From: a virus
DNA length: 21,391 nucleotides
Virus record (IMG/VR): IMGVR_UViG_3300033172_000027
Strand: one strand, 5' to 3'
Below, in pieces: positions 1 through 7,587 of the stretch. The position numbers and the translations under genes are program-made. Position 1 is the stretch's first letter, and the number at the start of each line of letters is the position of its first letter. The notes beneath the pieces were generated by a model. That model searched no databases. It saw only the letters and a program-made list of their open reading frames with translations, and was not told the DNA's origin.

Positions 1-39
1 AGGACAATCTACAAAACCCTTTTATATAATGATTGTCCT
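1..39 (+). promoter_or_regulatory. Archaeal promoter (TTTTATATA at 20-28) bracketed by the inverted repeat AGGACAATC/GATTGTCCT
   Basis: Arms at 1-9 and 31-39 are exact reverse complements. The TATA box lies about 25 bp before ATG 48/51, consistent with a leaderless transcript. Conserved in unit B. Confidence 0.7.
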
Positions 40-50
40 TTTAGTACATG

Positions 51-464
51 ATGGCAAAAGGTGGTCCCGTCGGTGAAGATGAAGAGAAGGCGATCCTCGA
101 AGCTCTGAAGGCGGGCCGATCCGTCCGAGACGTAGCCGACGAATTCGACAGAGCGACAGGGACCATATCTAACATAGCCGCACGAAATGAACTCGATTTG
201 GGTGAACGTTCAGCAACGAAAAAGGCGGCTCTTATCAAGTCCTGTTACGCCGCCGAGGACAGGATCAAGCTGATAGGCGAGGCCCTGAACAAAGGCAGGG
301 AGCTTCTGAAGAGCTGCGATAGTCCCCGCGATTTTCAATATCTGATGACCGGCTTTGCGATCGGCATCGATAAGCGGCGGCTGGAAGAGGCGACCGACCC
401 ATCGGCCCGGGGCGGGGAGATCCGGATCCTCTTCGAGAGGATGGGCGAGGAGGTGGAGGCTTGA
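51..464 (+). CDS. HTH protein, putative terminase small subunit
   Basis: N-terminal HTH (ILEALKAGRSVRDVADEFDRATGTISNIA). Its stop overlaps the terL start (TTGA). ATG 51 aligns with the unit B start at 14116; ATG 48 is an alternative. The TerS role is inferred from position. Confidence 0.65.
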   Translation: MAKGGPVGEDEEKAILEALKAGRSVRDVADEFDRATGTISNIAARNELDLGERSATKKAALIKSCYAAEDRIKLIGEALNKGRELLKSCDSPRDFQYLMTGFAIGIDKRRLEEATDPSARGGEIRILFERMGEEVEA

Positions 465-1693
465 GCTTCCAAGTCCCTGTGGGGAAGCAGAGGGACTTCT
501 GTCTCGGCTCCGATGCGAGGGTCAATATCGCCCACGGGGCGGTGAGGTCTGCGAAGACCGTCGGGGCCAACGTCCGATGGCTCCGGGCCGTCCTGGAGGC
601 GCCGGCGGGTGTCAACCTCCTCATGACGGGGAAGACCCTCACCTCCCTGGAGCGCAACGTCCTTCTCCCCATCTCCAGGCTTGTGGGGGCGGGCGACTTC
701 GAATACCGGCGGTCCCTGAAGGTCGCCACCATCTACGGGCGGCATATCCTTTGCGAAGGGGCCAACGACGAGAGCGCCTATACCAAGATCGCCGGCCTCA
801 CCCTCGGCGGCGCCTACGTTGACGAGGGGAGCCTCTCCCCGGAGAGCTTCCTTAACATGCTGGTGAGCCGCCTCTCCGAGCCCGGAGCTCAACTCTTCCT
901 CACCACGAACCCCGGCCCCCCCGCTCACTACCTCAAGAAGCGATGGATCGATCGAGAGGAGGAGCTGGACCTCAAAAGCTGGCATTTCACGCTCGAAGAT
1001 AACCCCTGGCTGGATCCCGTTTACGTCGCCGAGCTCAAGCGCCAGTTTGGCCCCCCGTCCAGCCTCTTCTATCAGAGGTACGTTCTCGGTCTGTGGGTGA
1101 TGGCCGAGGGGGCGGTCTATCGCAACTTCGACCGGGACCTTCACGTCGTCCCCTCCCTCCCCGACGAGAGGATGGAGGAGATGAGGGTCGCCGTCGATCC
1201 TGGGGCAACCCATCCGAGCGCGTTTTTGAAAGCTGTTAGGATCGGCGAGACGTGGTACGTCTTCGGCGAGTATCGGAAGGCCGACAAGTCCCCGGCTGAG
1301 GTATCGAAGGACCTTAAGAGGTTCCTCGACGGGATGCACCCCTCATCGATCGACGTCGACCCGGCGGCGAAGGCTCACCGGCTCCAGTTCATCGGCGACG
1401 GTATCGAGGGGGTCCAGCAGGCCGATAACGACGTCCTCAACGGCATCCAGCGGGTCATCTCGGCGTTCAATCAAGGATGGCTCAAGCTTGTGGGGCCGGC
1501 TACTCCCATGCTCCAGGAGGAGCTGGAGGGTTACAGATGGGATCCGAAGGCGACGGAACGGGGCGAGGACGCCCCCATTAAAGAGGGCGACGACCTCGTC
1601 GACGCCCTTCGATACCTGGTTAATAGGATCAGCAAGAGCCGCCGGCTTACTCCTCCGACGGCGAGACGAGAGAGGGGGAGGATCAGATCATGA
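461..1693 (+). CDS. terL: Terminase large subunit (PBSX-like)
   Basis: Walker A-like HGAVRSAKT, Walker B AYVDEG, coupling motif TTNPG, HFTLEDNP, nuclease acidic motifs AVDPG and DDLVDALRY. TTG start preceded by GGAGGT. Confidence 0.92.
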   Translation: MSFQVPVGKQRDFCLGSDARVNIAHGAVRSAKTVGANVRWLRAVLEAPAGVNLLMTGKTLTSLERNVLLPISRLVGAGDFEYRRSLKVATIYGRHILCEGANDESAYTKIAGLTLGGAYVDEGSLSPESFLNMLVSRLSEPGAQLFLTTNPGPPAHYLKKRWIDREEELDLKSWHFTLEDNPWLDPVYVAELKRQFGPPSSLFYQRYVLGLWVMAEGAVYRNFDRDLHVVPSLPDERMEEMRVAVDPGATHPSAFLKAVRIGETWYVFGEYRKADKSPAEVSKDLKRFLDGMHPSSIDVDPAAKAHRLQFIGDGIEGVQQADNDVLNGIQRVISAFNQGWLKLVGPATPMLQEELEGYRWDPKATERGEDAPIKEGDDLVDALRYLVNRISKSRRLTPPTARRERGRIRS

Positions 1694-3066
1694 CTTCGAC
1701 CGTACATACTGACTTAAGCTTCCTCGGACCGGGGCGAAAATGGCCCCCAACAGAGGATAAAGCGCGGCTGGACCGATACGCAATTAACCGCCTCCTCCTG
1801 GAAGGAGACCACGATCTCATCTTCACCAGCCTGAATGAGGACGACGCCCCCCGGATCGTCAAGATGAGGGTCAACTGGTTCAAGCGGATCATGACCCTCT
1901 TCTCCGACCTGGCTGTGGGGAACCCTCCGGCGATCAGAGCCGACGAGCCGCAACAGCCCAACCTCGACCGGGTCGTTGAGGGTAACTCCCTCTCCCTCAC
2001 GGCCTACGACCTCTTCTCCGACCTCATAGCCTTCGGCGACGGGGTCCTCAAGGTCCGATGGAACGGGGGCCGGGGTGTCATCTCCAGGATCGACCCTCGG
2101 CTCTGGTTCCCGGTCGTCGACCCCGACGACGTCGGGACCTTTGCGGCTCACGTCCTGGCCTGGGAGATCGTCGAGGGCGACGAGAAGTACGTCAAGGCCG
2201 AGATCCACCTCGCCGGAAGGATAGAGCACCGTCTCCTCAAGCTCAACGCCGCCGGCGACGAGATCCTCGGAGCCGTCCCTCTCGCCACGATCGAGAGGTA
2301 CTCGACCCTGAAGGACTCGGAGGAGACGGGCGTCCCCGGCTTCCTGGTGGTCCCCTTTTCCAACCTGAAGAGCGGCGACGGCGTCTTCGGGCTGGACGAC
2401 TTCAAGGGCATAACTGACCTTGTGGAGGAGGTCGAGCGGCGGCTGATCAAGATCTCCGGGACCCTGGACGTCTTCTCTGACCCCTGGATGGCGGGACCCC
2501 CGGGACTGAGGATCAAGGACCCTGTGACGGGCGAGGTAGTTTGGGCTTCCGACGAGAAGTACATCGCCCTTAACGAAGGCGAGTCCCCGCCCTCAATCCT
2601 CACGTGGGATGCTCAGATGGGGGCGACGTTCTCCCACATCGAGGAGGTCCTCGGCCAACTGTACGTGATGGCCGAGCTGTCGCCGGCGGCCTTCGGCGAG
2701 ACGAAGTCCGGGCTCGCCGAGTCGGGATCCGCCCTCAAGAGGCTGATGCTCCCCACCCTGGCGAAGGTCAACCGGCTCCGGCTCCGGATCAAACCGGGGC
2801 TTCTCACCGTCCTGGTGACGACCGCCGAGCTCGAAAAGGCTTCCAGGATGCCGGGGGCGACGTCCCTCGACAACCTCACTATCGAATGGAGGGAGAACCT
2901 CCCCACCGACCCCCTGGAGGCGGCGAAGGTGGAGGCGACAAGACGGGGAGCGAGAGCCACCTCGACGTGGGGGTCCCTATCCAGGCTCGACCCCGACGCC
3001 ACCGAGAAGGACCTCGAAGCCGAGGAGGCGAGGATCAAGGAGGAGGAGGCCGTCCTCCCTCCCTAA
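1690..3066 (+). CDS. Portal protein (SPP1 gp6-like)
   Basis: 458 aa immediately after terL with ATGA overlap. The segment AESGSALKRLMLPTLAKVNRLR and the C-terminal W..NLP.D pattern are typical of SPP1-type portals. Confidence 0.85.
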   Translation: MTSTVHTDLSFLGPGRKWPPTEDKARLDRYAINRLLLEGDHDLIFTSLNEDDAPRIVKMRVNWFKRIMTLFSDLAVGNPPAIRADEPQQPNLDRVVEGNSLSLTAYDLFSDLIAFGDGVLKVRWNGGRGVISRIDPRLWFPVVDPDDVGTFAAHVLAWEIVEGDEKYVKAEIHLAGRIEHRLLKLNAAGDEILGAVPLATIERYSTLKDSEETGVPGFLVVPFSNLKSGDGVFGLDDFKGITDLVEEVERRLIKISGTLDVFSDPWMAGPPGLRIKDPVTGEVVWASDEKYIALNEGESPPSILTWDAQMGATFSHIEEVLGQLYVMAELSPAAFGETKSGLAESGSALKRLMLPTLAKVNRLRLRIKPGLLTVLVTTAELEKASRMPGATSLDNLTIEWRENLPTDPLEAAKVEATRRGARATSTWGSLSRLDPDATEKDLEAEEARIKEEEAVLPP

Positions 3067-3077
3067 TTTATCACAAA

Positions 3078-3096
3078 AAGGACAAACCTTTAAATA
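3078..3096 (+). promoter_or_regulatory. Putative promoter for scaffold/capsid genes (TTTAAATA at 3089-3096, preceded by AAGGACAA)
   Basis: AT-rich 90-bp intergenic gap within a GC-rich operon, containing a canonical archaeal TATA box. Repeated at 17157-17164. Confidence 0.6.
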
Positions 3097-3156
3097 CTAT
3101 ACCAGTGAATATAGACAATAAGGCAAACGAAGGCCGCAAACTTCGGAGATTCGAAA

Positions 3157-3591
3157 ATGTCCAGTGATGATGAAAAGAAGTTCACGCAGGCAGACGTGGA
3201 CCGGATAGTCCAGGAACGGATAGCCCGTGAGAAGGCGAAATACGCCGACTATGACGAGATCAAGGCCGAAAATGAGGACCTGAAGGCCAAGATCGCCGAG
3301 AACGAATCCGCCACCCTGGAAAATCTAAAGCAGAAGGTCGTCACCGACCTCAAGCTCCCCCCCTCCCTGGCGGGACGACTCCAGGGCGCGACGGAGGAGG
3401 AGCTGAAGGCAGACGGCGCCAAGCTGCTGAAAGAACTCGGTCCCCGCGAGCCTGTGGGTGGTGGGGGGCAACCTCCGGGCGACGTGAAGAAACCGTTAAC
3501 CCGTGAGGCTGTCAAGAAGATGACCCCCGACCAAATCATCGCAAACATGGACCAGATCAAGGCCCAAATGAAAGAGGGCTCACTGAGGTAA
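3157..3591 (+). CDS. Capsid scaffolding protein (DUF4355/gp46-like)
   Basis: N-terminal KKFTQADVDRIVQERIAREKAK motif, charged coiled-coil composition, located directly before the capsid gene. Confidence 0.8.
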   Translation: MSSDDEKKFTQADVDRIVQERIAREKAKYADYDEIKAENEDLKAKIAENESATLENLKQKVVTDLKLPPSLAGRLQGATEEELKADGAKLLKELGPREPVGGGGQPPGDVKKPLTREAVKKMTPDQIIANMDQIKAQMKEGSLR

Positions 3592-3596
3592 GATAG

Positions 3597-4451
3597 ATGG
3601 CAATAACGAATTTCATAGGCGAGGTTTGGGCGGCCCAAATCCTCCAGGCTCTCCAGAAGGCCCTGGTTTACGGACAGGCCGGAGTGATCAACCGGGACTA
3701 CGAAGGCGACATCAAGGGGAAGGGCGACACGGTGAGGATCACCGCCCACGGCCCGATAACGATCGACAACTACGACAAGAGCACCGGCCTCTCCGATCCT
3801 GAGGAGCTGGACGACGCCTCCACCACCCTGGAGATCACTCAGGCCAAATCCTTCAACTTCCGGATCGAGGACGTCGACAAGGCGCAGATGAACGTGAAGC
3901 TGATGGAGAGCGCCACCAGAGACGCGGCCTATCGGCTCGCCGACGTGGCTGATCAGTATATCGTGGGGATCATGGCGGCCCAGGCCGGCTCTGCTGTGGG
4001 GGCCGACGGATCTGACAAGATCTTCGACGGGTCGACTGACCTAGTATCCGAGGAGCTGCTTGAGATCAAGCAGAAGCTCGATGAGGCCGATGTCCCCTTT
4101 GAGGGCCGATGGGTCATCGTCCCGCCCTGGGTGACGAAGTGGCTTCTCCAGGAGGACGCCGTGAATCTCCCCATGTGGTCTGCTGTGGAGGGAGTGATGA
4201 AGAACGGTCAGATAGGCCGTCTTTATGGCTTCGACATCCTCCAGTCCAACAACGTACCCAACACCGCCGGAGATCACTACAAGGTTGTGGCTGGGGTGGC
4301 GAGGGCGACGACCTTCGCCGACTCTGTGAACGAGACCGAGGCTTACAGGCCTGACAAGTTCTTCGCCGACGCCCTCCGGGGTCTCCACTGTTACGGCGCG
4401 AAGGTTATCGATCCTGAATGCCTGTGCGTTCTGACCTGTGCTCCGAGCTGA
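3597..4451 (+). CDS. Major capsid protein (HK97 fold, P22-coat-like family)
   Basis: Motifs NFIGEVWAAQIL, NRDYEGDI.GKGDTVRI, G.IGRLYGFDILQSNN and FADALRGLHCYGAKVI; GAGGT ribosome-binding site upstream. Confidence 0.88.
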   Translation: MAITNFIGEVWAAQILQALQKALVYGQAGVINRDYEGDIKGKGDTVRITAHGPITIDNYDKSTGLSDPEELDDASTTLEITQAKSFNFRIEDVDKAQMNVKLMESATRDAAYRLADVADQYIVGIMAAQAGSAVGADGSDKIFDGSTDLVSEELLEIKQKLDEADVPFEGRWVIVPPWVTKWLLQEDAVNLPMWSAVEGVMKNGQIGRLYGFDILQSNNVPNTAGDHYKVVAGVARATTFADSVNETEAYRPDKFFADALRGLHCYGAKVIDPECLCVLTCAPS

Positions 4452-4462
4452 GGTGATGAAGA

Positions 4463-4843
4463 ATGGTAAGATCTGAAATAACCGTAAACGGGCTTTCGGG
4501 GGCGTGGGCTGACAGAGAGACGCCCGACGCGATCGATAAGGGAAACCATCACGTCATCGCCGAGGGTGCGAACTTCAAGAGGCTTCTGATCCTCGTCCAC
4601 ATCTCGGCGGGAACGGGAACCGGCGGCGCTGTGACTCTGAAGGCCGGAACCGCTCACCCTGCCTTTAGGCGAGGTCTCGGCGACCTTGTGAGAGGCGACG
4701 ACGTAGTCGCCAACGATGAGTTCTGCATCGGACCCATTGAGACGGCTCGATACCTCCAGGCAGACGGGACGATCCACATCGACATAACCGACACGACCGG
4801 GACCAACATCGCCGGGACGATCGAGGCCTACGCTCTGCCTTGA
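4463..4843 (+). CDS. Small virion protein, probable capsid decoration/cement protein
   Basis: 126 aa, beta-rich (VTLKAG...GDL...IGPIETARYLQADGTIHIDI), directly after the capsid gene with a GAGGTG ribosome-binding site, conserved in unit B. Function inferred from position. Confidence 0.55.
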   Translation: MVRSEITVNGLSGAWADRETPDAIDKGNHHVIAEGANFKRLLILVHISAGTGTGGAVTLKAGTAHPAFRRGLGDLVRGDDVVANDEFCIGPIETARYLQADGTIHIDITDTTGTNIAGTIEAYALP

Positions 4844-4871
4844 AACATCACGATGGTCTGCGTTAGCCATA

Positions 4872-4924
4872 GGGGGAAGCCTCAAAGGGCTTGTCACCTA
4901 GGCCCGTTCCCCTGGGCTTCCCCC
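4872..4924 (+). other. Intergenic stem-loop (GGGGGAAGCC ... GGCTTCCCCC) with a nested GGGC/GCCC stem
   Basis: 10-bp perfect arms at 4872-4881 and 4915-4924. The arms are identical at 18943-18952 and 18986-18995 while the loop differs. Confidence 0.55.
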
Positions 4925-4947
4925 ACAAACCTCGAAGGTACGATTCT

Positions 4948-5427
4948 ATGACTGAATATGTCACTTCTGAAGAGATGGACGCCTACGCGGCCAACAGACC
5001 CGACTCATCGGCCTGGACCGGCGCCACCGAGGCGGATCAAGAGGACGCCCTGAAATACTCCTCCTCCCTTGTGGACTCTCTTCTATTCGTGGGCCGGAAG
5101 TACGACACCGATCAGGCCCTCCAATGGCCGAGGCTGATTAAGGTCCGGGGCGGCTGGACGGTCGAGAGGGACGCCGAGGGGGACGTCTGCATCCCTCAAG
5201 CGATCAAAGATGCAGTCTGCGAGGAGATCCTGTCGAGGCTATCCCCCACAGGCGCCGAGAGAAGAGCCCTCCAGGCCTCCGGGGTGAAGAGCTTCCGGAT
5301 CTCTGACCTCTCCGAGACCTTCGACCCTGCGATGGAAGGCGGCGGGATCAAGGGAACGCCCCTCATATCATGGACGGCCTACCGGCTGCTGGAGCCCTAT
5401 CTGGCGAAGGGAGCGCGGGCGAGATGA
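4948..5427 (+). CDS. Head-completion protein 1 (head-tail connector/adaptor; so-called DnaT-like phage family)
   Basis: YVTSEEMDAY...W...ALKYSSSLVD...FVGRK....QALQWPR...IPQAIKDAVCE pattern. Start set at ATG 4948 by alignment with unit B ORF 19020 (the track start at 4891 is upstream). Confidence 0.7.
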   Translation: MTEYVTSEEMDAYAANRPDSSAWTGATEADQEDALKYSSSLVDSLLFVGRKYDTDQALQWPRLIKVRGGWTVERDAEGDVCIPQAIKDAVCEEILSRLSPTGAERRALQASGVKSFRISDLSETFDPAMEGGGIKGTPLISWTAYRLLEPYLAKGARAR

Positions 5428-6050
5428 GCCTGATCTCCGGCTACCTCAACCAGACGGCCAGCCATTACGTCACAGCCGAATTTTATAATGGGGCTCCTCT
5501 CGACGAGATCCCGCTCAACGATATAACCATCGGCGAGGACTTCAGGATCCGGGCCGAACGTTCGGGGAGCGCCGGCGATCCGAGACATGTCTATCTGGTC
5601 GGGACCCTTGACGGTGAGCCCGTAACTGAAACTCTCACTTTTACATCTGGTCTATACGGCCCCGAATTGATCGTAACGGGCGATGAGCTATTCGACGACC
5701 TCACCGAAGTTACAACCGATATGGGAGGGGACTACGGCATAACAATCAGTATTCGGGCCGTTGATGCCGCCGGCGATGAGATCCCACCCACATGGCAAGA
5801 ATTCGCCTGCAGGTGGGAAGACAAAAGATCGACCTACCTTAAGGTGAGTGACGACGAAGCCAGCGAAGTTATCGCCGTATCTGATGCCAAAGTGATATGT
5901 GAGGCTCAAATAGAGGCCGAGGCCCTGGTTAGGCCCGTTGTTGGCGGCGTTCCGGGGATAGTCTATGAGGTTAAGGTGGTGAAGTCCACGCCCGGCTTGT
6001 CGGGGTCCGAGGAGTTCCGTGTTCTTCTTCTCGGGGGCGTGGGCGAGTGA
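5424..6050 (+). CDS. Head-completion protein 2 (SPP1 gp16-like stopper/adaptor core with a ~115-aa inserted domain)
   Basis: ATGA overlap with the previous gene; ATG 5424 matches the unit B start at 19496. The short N-terminal strand YLNQTA and the C-terminal CRWEDK...SDAKV...YEVK.V...GL.G.EE.R.LLL resemble head-closure proteins. The family call is from pattern and position. Confidence 0.5.
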   Translation: MSLISGYLNQTASHYVTAEFYNGAPLDEIPLNDITIGEDFRIRAERSGSAGDPRHVYLVGTLDGEPVTETLTFTSGLYGPELIVTGDELFDDLTEVTTDMGGDYGITISIRAVDAAGDEIPPTWQEFACRWEDKRSTYLKVSDDEASEVIAVSDAKVICEAQIEAEALVRPVVGGVPGIVYEVKVVKSTPGLSGSEEFRVLLLGGVGE

Positions 6051-6823
6051 CCCGAACCCCGACCCAACGAATAGGCGACAAGTGGGCGAGGACGATCGCC
6101 GAGGCCTTCCTGGCGTGGCAGAGGGAGGTAGAGATCGACGGCCGAAAGAACATCCCGGCGACGGCCTTCGACCCCTCCCCTTTCATCGAGGCCGCATTTT
6201 ACGAGAGCGGTGATGCTCAGCTCGAAGAGATCGGCAAGCTTGTGGGGATAGGCGTCAAATTCGATCTACGAAACCCTGAGACAGCGGCCTGGATCATGAA
6301 ATATGGAGCGGCTGAGGTTAAGTACATCGACGAGACGGCGAAGGCCACCATCAGAGATATCGTCCTCCGGGGCCAGACTGAGGGCCTAACCCCCACAGCT
6401 CAGGCGAAGTTGATCAAAGACCATATCGGACTCCTCCCCCGCCAGCTCCGAGCCCTGGAGACCTTCGAGGAGGGGCTTGTGGGGATGAATGAGGCCGCGA
6501 AAGCGAAGGCGGTCGAGAAGTACCGCAATAGACTTCTGAGACAGAGAGCGATGACCATATCGCTTACGGAAAGCCACAGGGCGGCCAACGAAGGATATCG
6601 AGCGGCCAACAGGGACGCGGTGAAGAGGGGCATCCTCGACCCCGACGAATGGGAGAGAGCCTGGCTCGGAACCCACGATGGCCGGATGTGCTCCATCTGC
6701 GAGGGGCTTGTGGATGCGAGGGCGGATCTCCCCGACGGTCAGTTTGACAGAGGGGGAGGGGGCGGGCCAATTAAGCACCCGAAATGCCGTTGCTGCGAGA
6801 TCCTGGTCCGGAAGGTCGCATAA
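6047..6823 (+). CDS. MuF/SPP1 gp7-like minor head morphogenesis protein
   Basis: RAMTISLTESHRAANEG, W.....DGRMCSICEGL and terminal HPKCRCC motifs. GTG start overlaps the upstream TGA. Confidence 0.82.
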   Translation: MTRTPTQRIGDKWARTIAEAFLAWQREVEIDGRKNIPATAFDPSPFIEAAFYESGDAQLEEIGKLVGIGVKFDLRNPETAAWIMKYGAAEVKYIDETAKATIRDIVLRGQTEGLTPTAQAKLIKDHIGLLPRQLRALETFEEGLVGMNEAAKAKAVEKYRNRLLRQRAMTISLTESHRAANEGYRAANRDAVKRGILDPDEWERAWLGTHDGRMCSICEGLVDARADLPDGQFDRGGGGGPIKHPKCRCCEILVRKVA

Positions 6824-6832
6824 CTGGTCATC

Positions 6833-7078
6833 ATGGCAAAGCGGAAGACCGCCAAGAAGCGGGACTATAAGAAGGAATATAGGGATTTTCACGGTAAGCC
6901 CAAGCAGATCAAACTCCGGAACCAGCGCAACGCAGCGCGGCGGAAGATGGGGCTCAAGGTCGGAGATACTCGAGAAGTGGATCACAAAGTCCCTCTCTCA
7001 AAAGGGGGCTCCAACGGGAAGAGGAATCTCAGGATAGTTTCTCGCCGAACGAATAGGAAGAAAGGCGCGAAGCGATAA
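6833..7078 (+). CDS. Small basic HNH (HNN-type) endonuclease
   Basis: EVDHKVPLSKGGSNGKRNLRIVSRRTNRKKG beta-beta-alpha-metal motif. Absent from unit B. Confidence 0.85.
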   Translation: MAKRKTAKKRDYKKEYRDFHGKPKQIKLRNQRNAARRKMGLKVGDTREVDHKVPLSKGGSNGKRNLRIVSRRTNRKKGAKR

Positions 7079-7168
7079 CACCGCAACAATTCTATTCTCA
7101 CCATTTTATAAGCACCATTTCGACCTGTAAAGCCCGGATGGCGTGCAAGAAATCAGCATCCTCCGAGC

Positions 7169-7587
7169 GTCTTCGGTAAGACGGCGAGTTCGTCTTTGGT
7201 AAGGTCTTGTCTTTGGTAAGGATTTGTCTTTGGTAAGAAGCTATTTATACGATCCTTACCAAAGACAAATACAATGAAGTCGATTAAGGCTCCGGAGGGT
7301 GGAGTTTACCGCCAGGAATTTTATAAGTGCAACAAAGAGCGGTGTAAGAAATGCCGGGACGGGCCGGGACATGGACCCTATTGGGCGCGGTTCTGGTGGG
7401 AGGACGGAAGAACGCGAAAGAAGTACATCGGCAAAAACCTACCTCTTACCAAAGACACCCCGGAGGAGGAGCCCGTCCTTACCAAAGACAAGACCTTACC
7501 AAAGACTCTTACCGAAGACACGCCCCCACCCGAACCCCTACCAAAGACACGAAAGCGACTTACCAAAGACAAATCCTTACCAAAGAC
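7169..7587. repeat. Array of 12 copies of the 12-bp motif CTTAC-CA-AAGAC (consensus CTTACNNAAGAC)
   Basis: Reverse orientation at 7169, 7192, 7209, 7226; forward at 7255, 7445, 7478, 7495, 7508, 7537 (1 mismatch), 7559, 7576. A 17-bp spacing recurs. Confidence 0.95.
7226..7266 (+). promoter_or_regulatory. TATA box (TATTTATA at 7242-7249) between an inverted pair of the 12-bp motif
   Basis: GTCTTTGGTAAG at 7226-7237 and CTTACCAAAGAC at 7255-7266 flank the TATA box. ATG at 7274 is at leaderless-transcript spacing. Confidence 0.7.

Larger units (their letters stand above)
1092..3943. repeat. ~2.85-kb direct repeat with no visible mismatch to 15160-18011
   Basis: Flanking mismatches at 1090-1091 vs 15158-15159 and at 3944 vs 18012. 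Spot checks by eye found no difference in between, and every ORF-track translation lying within the tract, in several frames, is identical between copies. Confidence 0.85.

Noticed and set aside
51-464. IS30-like transposase fragment (HTH resemblance)
   Set aside because: No DDE domain or terminal repeats. The gene is translationally coupled to terL and intact in both units.
265-4897. Many long antisense or alternate-frame ORFs over the head genes (e.g. 335-1339, 1714-2229, 2604-3167, 4391-4897, and 17317-18537 in unit B)
   Set aside because: Shadow ORFs expected in high-GC coding DNA. They have no motifs, and they are broken or fused differently between units while the plus-strand frames are preserved.
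4891-4947. Upstream starts in the ORF track (4891, 5370, 9379, 10518, 14098)
   Set aside because: Alignment between units, ribosome-binding sites, promoter spacing or the signal peptide support later starts or other frames (4948, 5424, 9418, 10543, 14116).
5424-6050. Diversity-generating retroelement as the source of variation between copies
   Set aside because: No reverse transcriptase in the period. The differences involve all bases and indels rather than adenine-specific changes.
7104-7111. TTTTATAA box conserved in both units after the MuF/HNH genes
   Set aside because: Orientation is ambiguous, there is no clear BRE, and no ORF lies at the right distance. It may just be part of a terminator region.
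7169-7587. CRISPR array interpretation of the 12-bp repeats
   Set aside because: Repeats are only 12 bp, occur in both orientations with irregular short gaps, lie inside an ORF, and have no cas genes nearby.
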